From Vulcanimicrobiota bacterium (GTDB taxonomy: Bacteria > Vulcanimicrobiota > Vulcanimicrobiia > Vulcanimicrobiales > Vulcanimicrobiaceae), in assembly GCA_963714015.1 (NCBI GenBank), contig OY970223.1, positions 2,240,001 through 2,304,000 on the forward strand: a stretch of 64,000 bases of DNA, in the 5' to 3' direction. The position numbers and the translations under genes are program-made. The notes beneath the pieces are model-generated. The model saw nothing but the letters and a program-made list of their open reading frames with translations. It was not told the origin of the DNA and did no database searches. How positions within the stretch are numbered: the first letter of the stretch is position 1; each line of letters opens with the position of its first letter. Below are positions 33,699 through 43,358 of the stretch, one piece after another.

Positions 33699-33849
33699 GC
33701 CGCCGAGACATCCATCGCACCGCAAGGGGCCCTGCGTCGGGCAGCGCAGAGCCCCTTGTCACATTCCGGGAACCTGATTCGATCCCAAAGATGGCGCGAC
33801 CGTGCCCGGCAAAAGTGCTACAATGGTCGTTAAAGCGGAGGTCTTCGCG

Positions 33850-34383
33850 ATGCGCTTTCTCCCATCAATCCTGCTTATTGCGCTCTGTTTCTCGAGCAGC
33901 GGCGTCGCGCTTGCCATAACGGGCTCCGGATCGAACTGCCCCTCGCTTTCCAACCAGCGCAACAAGCAATTGCCGGCGGTTCAACCTATGAACCAGCCCA
34001 CGTATTTGTGTAACAATGCGCAATATGCGACGGACCCGCCCAAACTGGGCGATCTTTCTTCGCAAGGACAGATGCTCAACGCGCAGGTCTGCAACACCAA
34101 CTGCAATTACCGCGCGCTCTTTCCCGACGACCCGGATAGCCCGCTCATTCCGACTCAGTGCGGTCGCGGGCAGAACGTGGATCCTCCGTATGCCATAAAC
34201 GGTAACGCGGCGAGCCAGTCGGCCAACACCGGGCCGCCCGCGCCCTATATGGGCACCGGCGGAAACTGTATGCCGCTGATGATCCCGCAGGCCCCAATCA
34301 ACCTTGAGGACCAAAAGCCGCCTACCGTTAAGCAGAGTAAGCCGAGCGCTTCGCCCGCTCCGAGCCCGCCCCCGGGCTCGTAG
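33850..34383 (+). CDS. secreted Cys/Asn/Pro-rich hypothetical protein
   Basis: Signal peptide MRFLPSILLIALCFSSSGVALA, six Cys in the mature part, GGAGG RBS and an upstream TGCTACAAT extended -10. Confidence 0.7.
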   Translation: MRFLPSILLIALCFSSSGVALAITGSGSNCPSLSNQRNKQLPAVQPMNQPTYLCNNAQYATDPPKLGDLSSQGQMLNAQVCNTNCNYRALFPDDPDSPLIPTQCGRGQNVDPPYAINGNAASQSANTGPPAPYMGTGGNCMPLMIPQAPINLEDQKPPTVKQSKPSASPAPSPPPGS

Positions 34384-34407
34384 CTCCGCGGGTTACGGGC
34401 TCGGTGC

Positions 34408-34436
34408 TTGACGCCCAGCCCCGTCCCTGGTAGTAT
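34408..34436 (+). promoter_or_regulatory. sigma70-type promoter of the rplC-rpsM segment
   Basis: TTGACG-17 nt-TAGTAT with TGn. Confidence 0.8.
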
Positions 34437-34536
34437 GCCGAAGTTGTGGTCCACGCCGGCCGCGCCCTTTTCGCGCGTCCGGCCGAAGAACTTACTAAGT
34501 ACGCGTGGGCCCGTGTACTATTGGACGAGGATAAAC

Positions 34537-35193
34537 ATGAAGAACATCCTTGGCCGCAAGGTTGGGATGACGAGCGTCTTCACCGATGACGGACGGCACG
34601 TGCCGGTCACGGTGATCGAAGCCGGTCCCTGCACGGTGGTCGAGCGCAGAACGAAGGACAAGCACGGCTACGAGGCCGTCGCTTTGGCTTTCGGCGACGT
34701 GAAAAAGTCGCGCGTCTCGCGTGCCCTTGCCGGACATTATAAGAAGAACGACGCCGAACCCAAGCGCTGGGTTCGCGAATTTCGCATCGACATCGAGGGC
34801 GTCGAAGCGGGTCAGACCGTCACGGTCTCGCAATTCGAGCCCGGCGATCGCGTGGACGTCGTCGGAATCTCGAAGGGCCACGGGTTCGCCGGCGGCATCA
34901 AACGCCATAATTTTTCGGGGGGCGGCGCAAGCCACGGATCGATGATTCACCGCCAGCCCGCCTCCAACGGTGACACGAACGCGGGGCGCACCGTCAAAGG
35001 CAGCCGGCGTCCCGGTCACTTCGGCGTCGATCGCACGACGCACCAGAACCTCGAGATCGTAAAGGCGGACGCCGAGCGCAATTTGCTGCTCATCCGCGGT
35101 CCGGTTCCGGGCGCCAAAAATTCACTCGTAATGGTTCGAAAGAGCCGTTCCGCGAGCGCGCGTCATGCTCAGAGGACGGTGGCGAATGCCTAA
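34537..35193 (+). CDS. rplC: 50S ribosomal protein L3
   Basis: ILGRKVGMT, PVTVIEAGP, SKGHGFAG. Confidence 0.98.
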   Translation: MKNILGRKVGMTSVFTDDGRHVPVTVIEAGPCTVVERRTKDKHGYEAVALAFGDVKKSRVSRALAGHYKKNDAEPKRWVREFRIDIEGVEAGQTVTVSQFEPGDRVDVVGISKGHGFAGGIKRHNFSGGGASHGSMIHRQPASNGDTNAGRTVKGSRRPGHFGVDRTTHQNLEIVKADAERNLLLIRGPVPGAKNSLVMVRKSRSASARHAQRTVANA

Positions 35194-35878
35194 CGTGATA
35201 GACGCCACCGGAAAGGTTCTGCGCGAAGAGCAGACACCGGAGATCTTCTCGCAAGAGCATGGGAACAAAACGCACGCGATCTATCGCGCCGTACACCGTG
35301 AACTCGCGAATCCCCGCGCCGGCACCGCTTCTACCAAGAAGCGCGACGAAGTCAGCGGGGGCGGCCGCAAGCCGTGGCGCCAAAAAGGAACCGGACGCGC
35401 CCGCCAAGGGTCGATCCGTTCGCCGCAATGGACGCACGGCGGCGTCGTGTTCGGCCCGCAGCCGCGCACGTACGTGACCGATCTCAACAAAAAGGAGCGG
35501 CGCGCCGCCTTCGTGGCCGCGCTTGCCGATCGTTTCGGCGGCGATGCGGTCACGGTGCTCGAAGCATCGGATTTTGCGATCGAAAAAACCGCCGATTTCG
35601 CCAAGCTTCTGTTCGGCAGCGCGAAAGACGCGAGAAAAGGTCCGTCCACGCTGGTGGTCTTCGGCCGCGACGAGCGCGCGGGCCGGCAGCTGGAGCGCGT
35701 GGGGCGTAATCTTGCCAAAGTCGGCGTCACGCACGCCGGTGCGCTGGACGTGAAAGACGTTTTGCGTTTCAACCGCATCGTCTTCACGGCCGAAGCGTAC
35801 GCGCAAGTCGTCAATTCGCTTACCGGCAAGAAGGCCGCGGCGTCAGAACAGGCTCCGCTTGAAAAGGAGCGCGCTTAA
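35186..35878 (+). CDS. rplD: 50S ribosomal protein L4
   Basis: GGGRKPWRQKGTGRARQGS. Confidence 0.98.
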   Translation: MPNVIDATGKVLREEQTPEIFSQEHGNKTHAIYRAVHRELANPRAGTASTKKRDEVSGGGRKPWRQKGTGRARQGSIRSPQWTHGGVVFGPQPRTYVTDLNKKERRAAFVAALADRFGGDAVTVLEASDFAIEKTADFAKLLFGSAKDARKGPSTLVVFGRDERAGRQLERVGRNLAKVGVTHAGALDVKDVLRFNRIVFTAEAYAQVVNSLTGKKAAASEQAPLEKERA

Positions 35879-35879
35879 A

Positions 35880-36188
35880 ATGGACGCACGGGACGTCATC
35901 GTTTCGCCGCGCATCACCGAGAAATCGATGGCCAATGCGCTCGGTCAGCAGTACAGCTTCGTCGTTCACCCGGATGCGACCAAGACGCAGATCCGTCACG
36001 CCGTCGAAGAGATTTTCGGCGTGAACGTAATCAAAGTCAATACGGTCAACGTCGGCGGTAAGACGAAGACGTTTGCGCGCCGCGGTGCGCGAACCGCGGG
36101 CCGCACCAAGGATTACAAGAAAGCCGTCGTCACCGTCAAGCCCGGTCAGAAGATCGAACTGGGCGGCGTCAACTATTTCGAGCAATAA
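35880..36188 (+). CDS. rplW: 50S ribosomal protein L23
   Basis: PRITEKS, ATKTQI..AVE.IF.V.V.KVNT, KKAVV. Confidence 0.98.
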   Translation: MDARDVIVSPRITEKSMANALGQQYSFVVHPDATKTQIRHAVEEIFGVNVIKVNTVNVGGKTKTFARRGARTAGRTKDYKKAVVTVKPGQKIELGGVNYFEQ

Positions 36189-36192
36189 CGCC

Positions 36193-36243
36193 ATGCATGA
36201 AGCAGTCCGGACGATTATTGCCGTAGCAACGCGGAGACTATGA
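36193..36243 (+). other. candidate bridging mini-ORF (16 aa, [16 protein letters not shown])
   Basis: Starts 4 nt after the rplW stop; its TGA overlaps the rplB start. Confidence 0.35.
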
Positions 36244-37070
36244 TGCCAGTCAAAAAATACAAGCCGACCAGTCCCGGCAGACGCTTCGTGACGACGATGG
36301 ATTTCTCGGACCTGAGCAAGGTCGAGCCGGAGAAATCGCTCATCGAAGTGCGCAAGAAGCACTCGGGCCGTAACTTCAACGGGCACATTACCGTACGCCA
36401 CAAAGGCGGCGGGACGCGCAAGATGTACCGCATCATCGACTTCAAACGGACCAAAGACGCCGTTCCGGCCAAGGTGGCAACGATCGAATACGATCCGAAC
36501 CGCTCGGCTCGCATCGCGCTGGTGAACTATCGCGACGGCGAGAAGCGCTACATCCTCGCGCCGCTCGGTCTGAAGGTCGGCGACGTCGTCGAGTCCGGCG
36601 CCGCGGCCGACATCAAGATCGGCAACTGCCTTCCGATCAAAAACATCCCCGTCGGCACGGTCATTCACAACATCGAACTGCGGCCCGGACAAGGCGGCAA
36701 GCTCGTTCGCAGCGCCGGCGGCTCCGCACAGCTCATGGCCAAGGAAGGCGAATACGCCCAGGTACGTATGCCTTCGGGCGAGGTGCGCAAGGTGCTCGTG
36801 GTGTGCCGCGCGACGATCGGTCAGCTCGGCAACGTCGAGCACGAAAACGAAGTGGTAGGGAAAGCAGGTCGTCAGCGTCATCGCGGAAAGCGGCCGTCCG
36901 TTCGAGGCATTGCGATGAACCCGGTCGATCACCCGCACGGCGGCGGTGAAGCGCGTTCCACGTCCGGACGTCCGCCCACGACGCCTTGGGGCCAGATGAC
37001 GATGGGCAAGAAGACGCGCCGCAACAAGCGCACGCAAAACATGATCGTCCGTAAGAGAGGATCGAAATGA
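36243..37070 (+). CDS. rplB: 50S ribosomal protein L2
   Basis: [33 protein letters not shown]; alternative ATG at 36240. Confidence 0.99.
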   Translation: MPVKKYKPTSPGRRFVTTMDFSDLSKVEPEKSLIEVRKKHSGRNFNGHITVRHKGGGTRKMYRIIDFKRTKDAVPAKVATIEYDPNRSARIALVNYRDGEKRYILAPLGLKVGDVVESGAAADIKIGNCLPIKNIPVGTVIHNIELRPGQGGKLVRSAGGSAQLMAKEGEYAQVRMPSGEVRKVLVVCRATIGQLGNVEHENEVVGKAGRQRHRGKRPSVRGIAMNPVDHPHGGGEARSTSGRPPTTPWGQMTMGKKTRRNKRTQNMIVRKRGSK

Positions 37071-37147
37071 TTCGAGTTCTGTTAGCCGTATGCGAGCCGC
37101 GCGATTCAGCGCGGCGGGCGCGCAGCTCAGAGTGGAGCGCCTTCTAA
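37067..37147 (+). other. candidate bridging mini-ORF (26 aa)
   Basis: ATGA overlap with the rplB stop; TAA ends 1 nt before the rpsS ATG. Confidence 0.4.
37096..37141 (+). repeat. structured intergenic element, short form (before rpsS)
   Basis: GCCGCGC-GATTCA-GCGCGGC hairpin, then GGCGC-GCA-GCT-CAG-AGT-GGA-GCGCC, 7 nt before ATG. Confidence 0.85.
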
Positions 37148-37148
37148 A

Positions 37149-37424
37149 ATGGGGCGCAGCCTTAAAAAGGGACCGTTCGTCGCGGATCGCTTGATTCAAA
37201 AAATCGAGGGCCTGAACGAGCGCCGTGAAAAGCGTGTCGTGAAAACGTGGAGTCGCGCCTCCACGATCGTGCCGGCCATGGTCGGCCATACAATCGGCGT
37301 GCACAACGGTAAGGCGCACGTTCCGGTATTCGTCACCGAAAATATGGTCGGGCACAAGCTCGGCGAGTTCGCGCCGACCCGGAACTTCCGCGGCCACGGC
37401 GGCGACAAAGCGGCGGTGAAGTAA
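37149..37424 (+). CDS. rpsS: 30S ribosomal protein S19
   Basis: [27 protein letters not shown]. Confidence 0.99.
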   Translation: MGRSLKKGPFVADRLIQKIEGLNERREKRVVKTWSRASTIVPAMVGHTIGVHNGKAHVPVFVTENMVGHKLGEFAPTRNFRGHGGDKAAVK

Positions 37425-37933
37425 TGGAGGCCGTCGCGCATCTCAAGTTCGCCCGAATGGGTCCGCGCAAACTGCGCCGGGTTGCCGACGCCATTCGCGG
37501 CAAGAGCGTGAAAGAAGCGCTCGTGCTGCTGCAATTTGCCGGCGTCTTCGCGGCCGAGCCGATGGAAAAACTGCTGCGCAGCGCCGTCGCGAACGCTGAA
37601 AACAATCACGACATGAATGCCGACGCACTTTACGTTGCGCGGGTGACGGTGGACGGCGGGCCGGGCGGACGATTTACCAAACGCCTGGATCCGCGTGCAC
37701 AAGGGCGCGCGGCGTTCAAGCGCAAGCGCCTCGCGCACGTGACGATCGCCGTCGCAGAGCAGGCGCCCGTCAAAAAGCGCAAGCTCCTGGGCGGTGCTTC
37801 GGTTGCGCTCAAGCGCGCGACCACTCGCAAAACTAAAGCGGCGTCGGCGGCGCCGGCCGCCGGCGGCTCGCCTTCGAAGAAGGCCAGAACTTCAAAGAAA
37901 CCTTCTCGCCGGAATAAGGCGGAGGCGATTTAA
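37424..37933 (+). CDS. rplV: 50S ribosomal protein L22 with Lys/Ala-rich C-terminal extension
   Basis: [32 protein letters not shown]. Confidence 0.97.
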   Translation: MEAVAHLKFARMGPRKLRRVADAIRGKSVKEALVLLQFAGVFAAEPMEKLLRSAVANAENNHDMNADALYVARVTVDGGPGGRFTKRLDPRAQGRAAFKRKRLAHVTIAVAEQAPVKKRKLLGGASVALKRATTRKTKAASAAPAAGGSPSKKARTSKKPSRRNKAEAI

Positions 37934-38829
37934 TGGGACAAAAGATTCATCCGATTGGGTTGCGTCTGGGCATCACGCGCACGTGGGACAGCCGCTGGTT
38001 CGAGAAAAAGCATTATAAGGACTGGCTGCACGAAGACGTCAAGATCCGCAGATACTTCACGCGATGGATGCGTCCGGCGGCCATCTCGAAGATCGAGATC
38101 GAGCGCCGCGCCAATCAAGCGCGCGTGATCGTGAATACGGGCAAGCCCGGCATCATCATCGGCAAGCGCGGCGTCGGCATCGAAGACATTCGCAAGAATC
38201 TCGAGAAGCTGACCGGCAAAGCGGTGCAAGTAAACGTGATGGAGATCAAGCATCCGGAACTGGATGCGCGTCTCGTCGCGCAGAATATCGTCGACCAGCT
38301 CGAAAAGCGCATTGCGTTCCGCCGCGCCATGAAGCAGGCCATCATGCGTACGATGAAGTCGGGCGCGCGCGGGATCAAAGTGCAGGTTTCGGGACGGTTG
38401 GGCGGCGCCGAAATCGCTCGCACCGAGCGCAATGCCGACGGCAAGGTTCCGCTGCACACGCTGCGAGCCGACATCGACTACGCGCACGTCGAAGCTTTCA
38501 CGACCTTCGGACGCATCGGCGTCAAAGTATGGATCTACCGCGGCGAAGTGCTGCCGGATCACGCACGTCAATCCGAGCGCGAAGGACGCCCCGAGCGTCC
38601 GCAATTCCGCGATCGTCGCGATCGCGGCGGACGCAGCCGCCGCGGCGGTCCCGGCACGGGAACTCCGCGTTCGCCGCAGACTGAAGCGCTTTCGCCCGTC
38701 GAAGCGCCCGTCGGCGAAGCGCCGGCCTTTGAGCCGACCGCGCCGCCGGTAGACTCTGCGCCCATTGCCGATGCGGCAGAGGCTCAAACCATCGTACCGC
38801 AATCCGAACCGACCGGAGAACAGGCGTAA
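37933..38829 (+). CDS. rpsC: 30S ribosomal protein S3 with long C-terminal extension
   Basis: [33 protein letters not shown]. Confidence 0.99.
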   Translation: MGQKIHPIGLRLGITRTWDSRWFEKKHYKDWLHEDVKIRRYFTRWMRPAAISKIEIERRANQARVIVNTGKPGIIIGKRGVGIEDIRKNLEKLTGKAVQVNVMEIKHPELDARLVAQNIVDQLEKRIAFRRAMKQAIMRTMKSGARGIKVQVSGRLGGAEIARTERNADGKVPLHTLRADIDYAHVEAFTTFGRIGVKVWIYRGEVLPDHARQSEREGRPERPQFRDRRDRGGRSRRGGPGTGTPRSPQTEALSPVEAPVGEAPAFEPTAPPVDSAPIADAAEAQTIVPQSEPTGEQA

Positions 38830-39251
38830 TGCTTACACCAAAACGCGTCAAATGGCGCAAAGTTCACCGTGGACGGATGACCGGCAAAGCCTTGCGCGGC
38901 AGTACCTTGACGTTCGGCGAGTACGGACTTCAAGCGCTCGAGCCGTGCTGGATGACCAACCGCCAGATTGAAGCTGCGCGTATTGCTATGACGCGCCACA
39001 TCAAACGCGGCGGCAAGGTCTGGATCAAGGTGTTTCCGGACAAGTCGGTTACCAAGAAACCCGCTGAGGTGCGCATGGGCGCCGGTAAAGGCAACCCGGA
39101 GTTCTGGGTAGCCGTGGTGCGTCCCGGGCGGGTGCTGTTCGAGCTTTCAGGTGTTGAGCCGGACGTAGCCAAACGCGCGCTTCAACTCGCCGCTTCAAAG
39201 CTGCCGATCGGAACGAAGTTGATTACCCGCGGCGAGGAGGCCCCGGCATGA
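38829..39251 (+). CDS. rplP: 50S ribosomal protein L16
   Basis: [21 protein letters not shown]. Confidence 0.99.
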   Translation: MLTPKRVKWRKVHRGRMTGKALRGSTLTFGEYGLQALEPCWMTNRQIEAARIAMTRHIKRGGKVWIKVFPDKSVTKKPAEVRMGAGKGNPEFWVAVVRPGRVLFELSGVEPDVAKRALQLAASKLPIGTKLITRGEEAPA

Positions 39252-39469
39252 TCTCGAGAGAGTTCAAAGAGCTGCGCAACCTCACCATCGGAGAGCTCCA
39301 GCAAAAGGCGAAAGAGACGAAGGAAGAGCTCTTCAATCTTCGCTTTGCGCTGCGCACCGGGCACCTTTCGGACTTCAGCAAAGTCCGGGCGATGCGGCGC
39401 ACCTACGCACAGATTCAAACCGTCATCTCCGAGAAACGGATCGCTGAGGCTAAGAATGGAGCAGCTTAA
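39248..39469 (+). CDS. rpmC: 50S ribosomal protein L29
   Basis: ELR.L...EL......KEELFNLRF...TG.L; expected position. Confidence 0.96.
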   Translation: MISREFKELRNLTIGELQQKAKETKEELFNLRFALRTGHLSDFSKVRAMRRTYAQIQTVISEKRIAEAKNGAA

Positions 39470-39728
39470 TACCGTCCGGCGCCGGGCACGGCGCCTTAAA
39501 CAAGGCCGCGTCGTCTCGGACAAGATGGACAAGACCATCGTCGTCCTTTCCGAGACGCGGGTTCCGCATCCGGTTTACGGCAAGATCGTCCGCAAGTCGG
39601 TAAAGTTCAAAGCGCACGACGAGCAAAACGACGCCAAGATCGGCGACACCGTTCGCATCATGGAATCGCGTCCGATGTCCAAAGACAAGCGCTGGCGCCT
39701 GGTCGAGATCGTGGAGCGTGCCAAATGA
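39456..39728 (+). CDS. rpsQ: 30S ribosomal protein S17
   Basis: [31 protein letters not shown]. Confidence 0.98.
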   Translation: MEQLNTVRRRARRLKQGRVVSDKMDKTIVVLSETRVPHPVYGKIVRKSVKFKAHDEQNDAKIGDTVRIMESRPMSKDKRWRLVEIVERAK

Positions 39729-39796
39729 AGACTTTGATTGGGGCGCATCGCGTTATGGGGCGCGCGGAGCTCAGAGCGGAGCGCCTTTTCAAATGA
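39725..39796 (+). other. candidate bridging mini-ORF (23 aa, [23 protein letters not shown])
   Basis: ATGA overlap with the rpsQ stop at its start and with the rplN start at its end. Confidence 0.45.
39761..39785 (+). repeat. structured intergenic element, short form (before rplN)
   Basis: CGCGC-GGA-GCT-CAG-AGC-GGA-GCGCC, 7 nt before ATG. Confidence 0.88.
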
Positions 39797-40170
39797 TTCA
39801 GCAAGAAACGCGTTTAAAGGTGGCTGACAATTCCGGCGCGCGCGAGCTGCTGTGCATTCACGTGAGCGGCGGCAGCCGTCATCCATACGCACACGTGGGC
39901 GATATCATCGTGGGCACGGTCAAGAGCGCTATTCCCGGCGCGGCGGTCAAGAAAGGCCAAGTCGTCAAAGCGGTTATCGTCCGTACGTCCTCGCCGATTC
40001 GCCGGCCGGACGGATCGGTCGTCAAATGCGACGACAACGCCTGCGTGATCATCAAAGGCGAAAAGGACAATTTAGATCCGCGCGGGACGCGCGTCTTCGG
40101 CCCGGTCATGCGCGAATTGCGGGATCGCGGCTTTTTGAAGATCGCCTCGCTCGCGCCCGAGGTACTCTAA
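39793..40170 (+). CDS. rplN: 50S ribosomal protein L14
   Basis: [31 protein letters not shown]. Confidence 0.99.
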   Translation: MIQQETRLKVADNSGARELLCIHVSGGSRHPYAHVGDIIVGTVKSAIPGAAVKKGQVVKAVIVRTSSPIRRPDGSVVKCDDNACVIIKGEKDNLDPRGTRVFGPVMRELRDRGFLKIASLAPEVL

Positions 40171-40173
40171 CAG

Positions 40174-40524
40174 ATGGCGAACATCGTCAGAGGCGACACC
40201 GTCATGATCCGGCGCGGCAAGGAAAAAGGCAAGCGCGGCACGGTCAAGGCCGTATTTCCGAAAGACGGAACGGCGACGGTCGAGGGCCTGAACATCGTCA
40301 AACGGCACACCAAGCAGGGCACGCAGTCGCAAAACATGGGCGGCTCTGCGCAGACCGGCGGCATCATCGAGAAGGAGGCTCCGCTTCCACTCTCCGTGCT
40401 GATGTACGTGTGCGAGAAGTGCAAAGCACCTTCTCGGCTTCGTCATCACGAGACGGCCGAAGGTACGCATCGGGTCTGCGCGCGCTGCGGCGAACCCGCT
40501 CGTCTCTCCGCAAAGGGCGCATGA
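40174..40524 (+). CDS. rplX: 50S ribosomal protein L24
   Basis: GDTV...GKEKGKRG, VEGLNIVKRH, GGIIEKEAP; C-terminal CxxC...CxxC. Confidence 0.98.
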   Translation: MANIVRGDTVMIRRGKEKGKRGTVKAVFPKDGTATVEGLNIVKRHTKQGTQSQNMGGSAQTGGIIEKEAPLPLSVLMYVCEKCKAPSRLRHHETAEGTHRVCARCGEPARLSAKGA

Positions 40525-40652
40525 TGGCAGTATCATTGTGGGCTTCCTCGGGGAGGTTTCAAGTTGCAACAAAGTTCGCGCGCCCTGCGGTAGCGGGGAC
40601 CCCGGCGCTTGCGCTGGGTGGGGCGGAGGTTAGACCGGAGCGCCATGCTTAG
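40521..40652 (+). other. candidate bridging mini-ORF (43 aa)
   Basis: ATGA overlap with the rplX stop; reads through the whole element and stops 8 nt into rplE. Confidence 0.4.
40541..40644 (+). repeat. structured intergenic element, long form (before rplE)
   Basis: CCTCGGGGAGG...CAACAAAG...CGCGCCCTGCGG...variable hairpin...GGGGC-GGA-GGT-TAG-ACC-GGA-GCGCC, directly abutting ATG. Confidence 0.9.
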
Positions 40653-41196
40653 ATTGAAAGAAAAATACGATAAGGAAGTCCGCAAGCAGCTTCAGGAACG
40701 CTTCGGATATAAGAACGCTCACCAGATCCCGAAGCTGGAGAAGGTCGTCATCAACATGAGCGTGGGCGAAGCGATCAGCAACGGCAAGGCACTCGACGCG
40801 GCGGTCTCGGAGCTCCAGGCGATTAGCGGGCAAAAGCCGGTAATCACCAAAGCGAAGAAGTCGATAGCCGCCTTTAAGCTGCGCGAAGGCATGAACATCG
40901 GCACGAAAGTCACGCTCCGCGGCGAGCGCATGTACGTGTTCTTGGACAAGCTCTTCAACATCGTGCTGCCGCGCATCCGCGACTTCCGCGGTCTGCCCCG
41001 CAAATCGTTCGACGGACGCGGCAATTACAATCTGGGTCTTCGCGAGCAGATCGTCTTCCCGGAGATCAACTTCGACAAGGTCGACAAGATGCGCGGGATG
41101 GACATCGTCATCGTAACGTCGGCAAAGAACGACGAAGAAGCGACGGAATTTCTCACGGCAATGGGTTTGCCGCTTCAGAAAACGGGAGCCCGCTAA
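40645..41196 (+). CDS. rplE: 50S ribosomal protein L5
   Basis: [33 protein letters not shown]. Confidence 0.99.
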   Translation: MLRLKEKYDKEVRKQLQERFGYKNAHQIPKLEKVVINMSVGEAISNGKALDAAVSELQAISGQKPVITKAKKSIAAFKLREGMNIGTKVTLRGERMYVFLDKLFNIVLPRIRDFRGLPRKSFDGRGNYNLGLREQIVFPEINFDKVDKMRGMDIVIVTSAKNDEEATEFLTAMGLPLQKTGAR

Positions 41197-41381
41197 TGGC
41201 GAAAACTTCTCTCATCGAAAAATCCAAGCGCACGCCAAAGTTCAAGGTGCGCGCCCACAACCGGTGCCAGCTGTGCGGACGTCCGCGCAGCGTGTACCGC
41301 CGTTTCGGGCTGTGCCGCATCTGCTTCCGGGAGAACGCCCACAAAGGCAACATCCCGGGCGTGACCAAGGCGTCGTGGTGA
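41196..41381 (+). CDS. rpsN: 30S ribosomal protein S14, short zinc-binding type
   Basis: 61 aa with [17 protein letters not shown] and PGVTKASW. Confidence 0.98.
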   Translation: MAKTSLIEKSKRTPKFKVRAHNRCQLCGRPRSVYRRFGLCRICFRENAHKGNIPGVTKASW

Positions 41382-41388
41382 TCCGGTA

Positions 41389-41790
41389 ATGGCTGTAATT
41401 ACCGATCCTATCGCCGATCTGCTGACGCGCATTCGCAATGCCAATACGGCCAGCCATGAGGTCGTTGAAATTCCTGCGTCGCGCATGAAACAAGCTGTGG
41501 CTCAAATCCTCAAGGACGAGGGCTTCATCAAGGACTTCGAGCGCGTCGACGAGGGGCCGCAAGGCAGGATCAAGATCACTCTCAAGTACGGCCCGGACAA
41601 AGAGAAAGTCATCACCGGTCTGCGGCGCATCTCGCGTCCCGGTCTGCGCGTATATACGAGCAAGACCGAGATACCTCGGGTTTTAGGCGGACTGGGCCTG
41701 GTCATCATGTCCACTTCCAAGGGCATCATGTCGGGCAAACGCGCGAAAAAAGAAGGATGCGGAGGCGAAGTTTTGGCGTATGTGTGGTGA
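41389..41790 (+). CDS. rpsH: 30S ribosomal protein S8
   Basis: [37 protein letters not shown]. Confidence 0.99.
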   Translation: MAVITDPIADLLTRIRNANTASHEVVEIPASRMKQAVAQILKDEGFIKDFERVDEGPQGRIKITLKYGPDKEKVITGLRRISRPGLRVYTSKTEIPRVLGGLGLVIMSTSKGIMSGKRAKKEGCGGEVLAYVW

Positions 41791-41900
41791 TGAACAAAGC
41801 GACAATCGGGGCGCCCTCGGGGAGGCTTCAAATTACAACGCATCTTCCGCGCCCTGCGGCGGGGGGCCCCATTGGTTGCAATGGGGGGCGCGGAGCTTAG
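41790..41900 (+). other. candidate bridging mini-ORF (36 aa)
   Basis: TGATG overlap with the rpsH stop; its stop codon is the TAG loop of the conserved hairpin. Confidence 0.4.
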
Positions 41901-41911
41901 AGCGGAGCGCC
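41810..41911 (+). repeat. structured intergenic element, long form (before rplF)
   Basis: GGCGCCCTCGGGGAGGCTT...CAAC...CGCGCCCTGCGG...CCCCATTG-GTTG-CAATGGGG-GGCGC-GGA-GCT-TAG-AGC-GGA-GCGCC, 7 nt before ATG. Confidence 0.92.
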
Positions 41912-41918
41912 ACTTAAA

Positions 41919-42467
41919 ATGTCTAGAATTGGAAAGCTTCCCGTAACTGTTCCGAACGGCGTCAATGTGAACGTCGAAGGAGACGAAGTCGCGGTCAAGG
42001 GGCCAAAGGGCGAGTTGCGGCAGCGCGTGCTTTCACACGTCACCGTCGCGGTCGAAGACGGCAAGGTCGTCATCACGCGGAACGGTGAGGCGAAGGAACA
42101 TCGCGCGGCGCACGGTCTGACGCGAACGATCGTCAACAACATGGTCGAAGGCGTCAGCAAGGGCTTCCGCAAGAGCCTGGAGATTCAGGGTGTCGGTTAC
42201 CGAGCCTCAAAGTCCGGCGAGAAGATCAATCTGACGCTGGGGTACTCGCATCCGGTGAGCTACGATCCGCCGAAGGGCATCGCGCTTTCCGTCGAGGGCA
42301 CCAACAAGATCCACGTCGAGGGCATCGACAAGCAGCAAGTCGGACAGGTTGCCGCCGAAATTCGCAATCTGCGTCCGCCCGAGCCGTACAAGGGTAAAGG
42401 CGTGCGCTACGAAGGCGAAGTGGTGCGTAAGAAGCTCGGCAAGGCCGGAAAGGCTGGTAAGAAGTAA
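41919..42467 (+). CDS. rplF: 50S ribosomal protein L6
   Basis: [26 protein letters not shown]. Confidence 0.99.
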   Translation: MSRIGKLPVTVPNGVNVNVEGDEVAVKGPKGELRQRVLSHVTVAVEDGKVVITRNGEAKEHRAAHGLTRTIVNNMVEGVSKGFRKSLEIQGVGYRASKSGEKINLTLGYSHPVSYDPPKGIALSVEGTNKIHVEGIDKQQVGQVAAEIRNLRPPEPYKGKGVRYEGEVVRKKLGKAGKAGKK

Positions 42468-42832
42468 TGCCGCGTATTTCCAAAGATCTGAGCCGCCGCA
42501 AGCGCCACGAGCGTCTGCGCCGCAAAGTCGTGGGAAGCTCGGAGCGCCCTCGCTTGCTGATCCGCCGTACGCTGCATCACATCTACGCGACGGTCGTCGA
42601 CGACGCTAAGGGGCATACCGTCGTGGCCGCCTCGACGCGCGAGAAGGATCTTACGGACGGTTTGGATTCCACGACGAACGTCGCCGCAGCCGAGAAGATC
42701 GGCGCGGCAATCGCCGCTAAGGCAAAGCAGGCCGGCATCACGCAGGTCGTCTTCGATCGCAGCGGTTTGAAATATCACGGCCGCGTCAAAGCACTCGCCG
42801 ACGCAGCTCGCCAAGCAGGCTTGGAGTTTTAA
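42467..42832 (+). CDS. rplR: 50S ribosomal protein L18
   Basis: RH.RLR.KV.G..ERPRL, VVFDRSG.KYHGRV.ALA. Confidence 0.98.
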   Translation: MPRISKDLSRRKRHERLRRKVVGSSERPRLLIRRTLHHIYATVVDDAKGHTVVAASTREKDLTDGLDSTTNVAAAEKIGAAIAAKAKQAGITQVVFDRSGLKYHGRVKALADAARQAGLEF

Positions 42833-43344
42833 TGCAGTATCGTGGTGGTCGCGATCGCGACAATTCGGGATTCGAAGAGACAGTCGTCCGAGTGAACCGC
42901 GTCGCCAAAGTGGTCAAGGGCGGTAAGCGCTTCAGCTTCAGCGCTTTGGTCGTTGTCGGCGATCGCAAAGGCAAGGTCGGTTTCGCTATCGGCAAGGCCG
43001 GCGAAGTCCCCGAAGCAATCCGCAAAGCCGTTGAGGCGGCCAAGAAAAACCTCGTCTCCGTGCCGATGGTCGAGAAGACGATCCCGCATCAGGTCAATCA
43101 TTCGATCGGTGCGGCGCGCGTGCTCCTCAAACCCGCGGCGCCCGGTACCGGGGTCATTGCGGGCGGCGCTATGCGCGCGGTGCTGGAGCTCGCGGGCATT
43201 CACGACATTCTGACCAAGTCGCTCGGAACGAACAATCCGATCAACGTCGTCTACGCGACGGTAGAAGCGCTGCGTTCGCTCAAGACGGCGGAGCAAGTTG
43301 CATCGATGCGCGGCAAGAACGTCGGCGAAATCTTCGCGGCATAA
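42832..43344 (+). CDS. rpsE: 30S ribosomal protein S5
   Basis: [30 protein letters not shown]. Confidence 0.99.
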   Translation: MQYRGGRDRDNSGFEETVVRVNRVAKVVKGGKRFSFSALVVVGDRKGKVGFAIGKAGEVPEAIRKAVEAAKKNLVSVPMVEKTIPHQVNHSIGAARVLLKPAAPGTGVIAGGAMRAVLELAGIHDILTKSLGTNNPINVVYATVEALRSLKTAEQVASMRGKNVGEIFAA

Positions 43345-43358
43345 GAAAGCACACGAAC

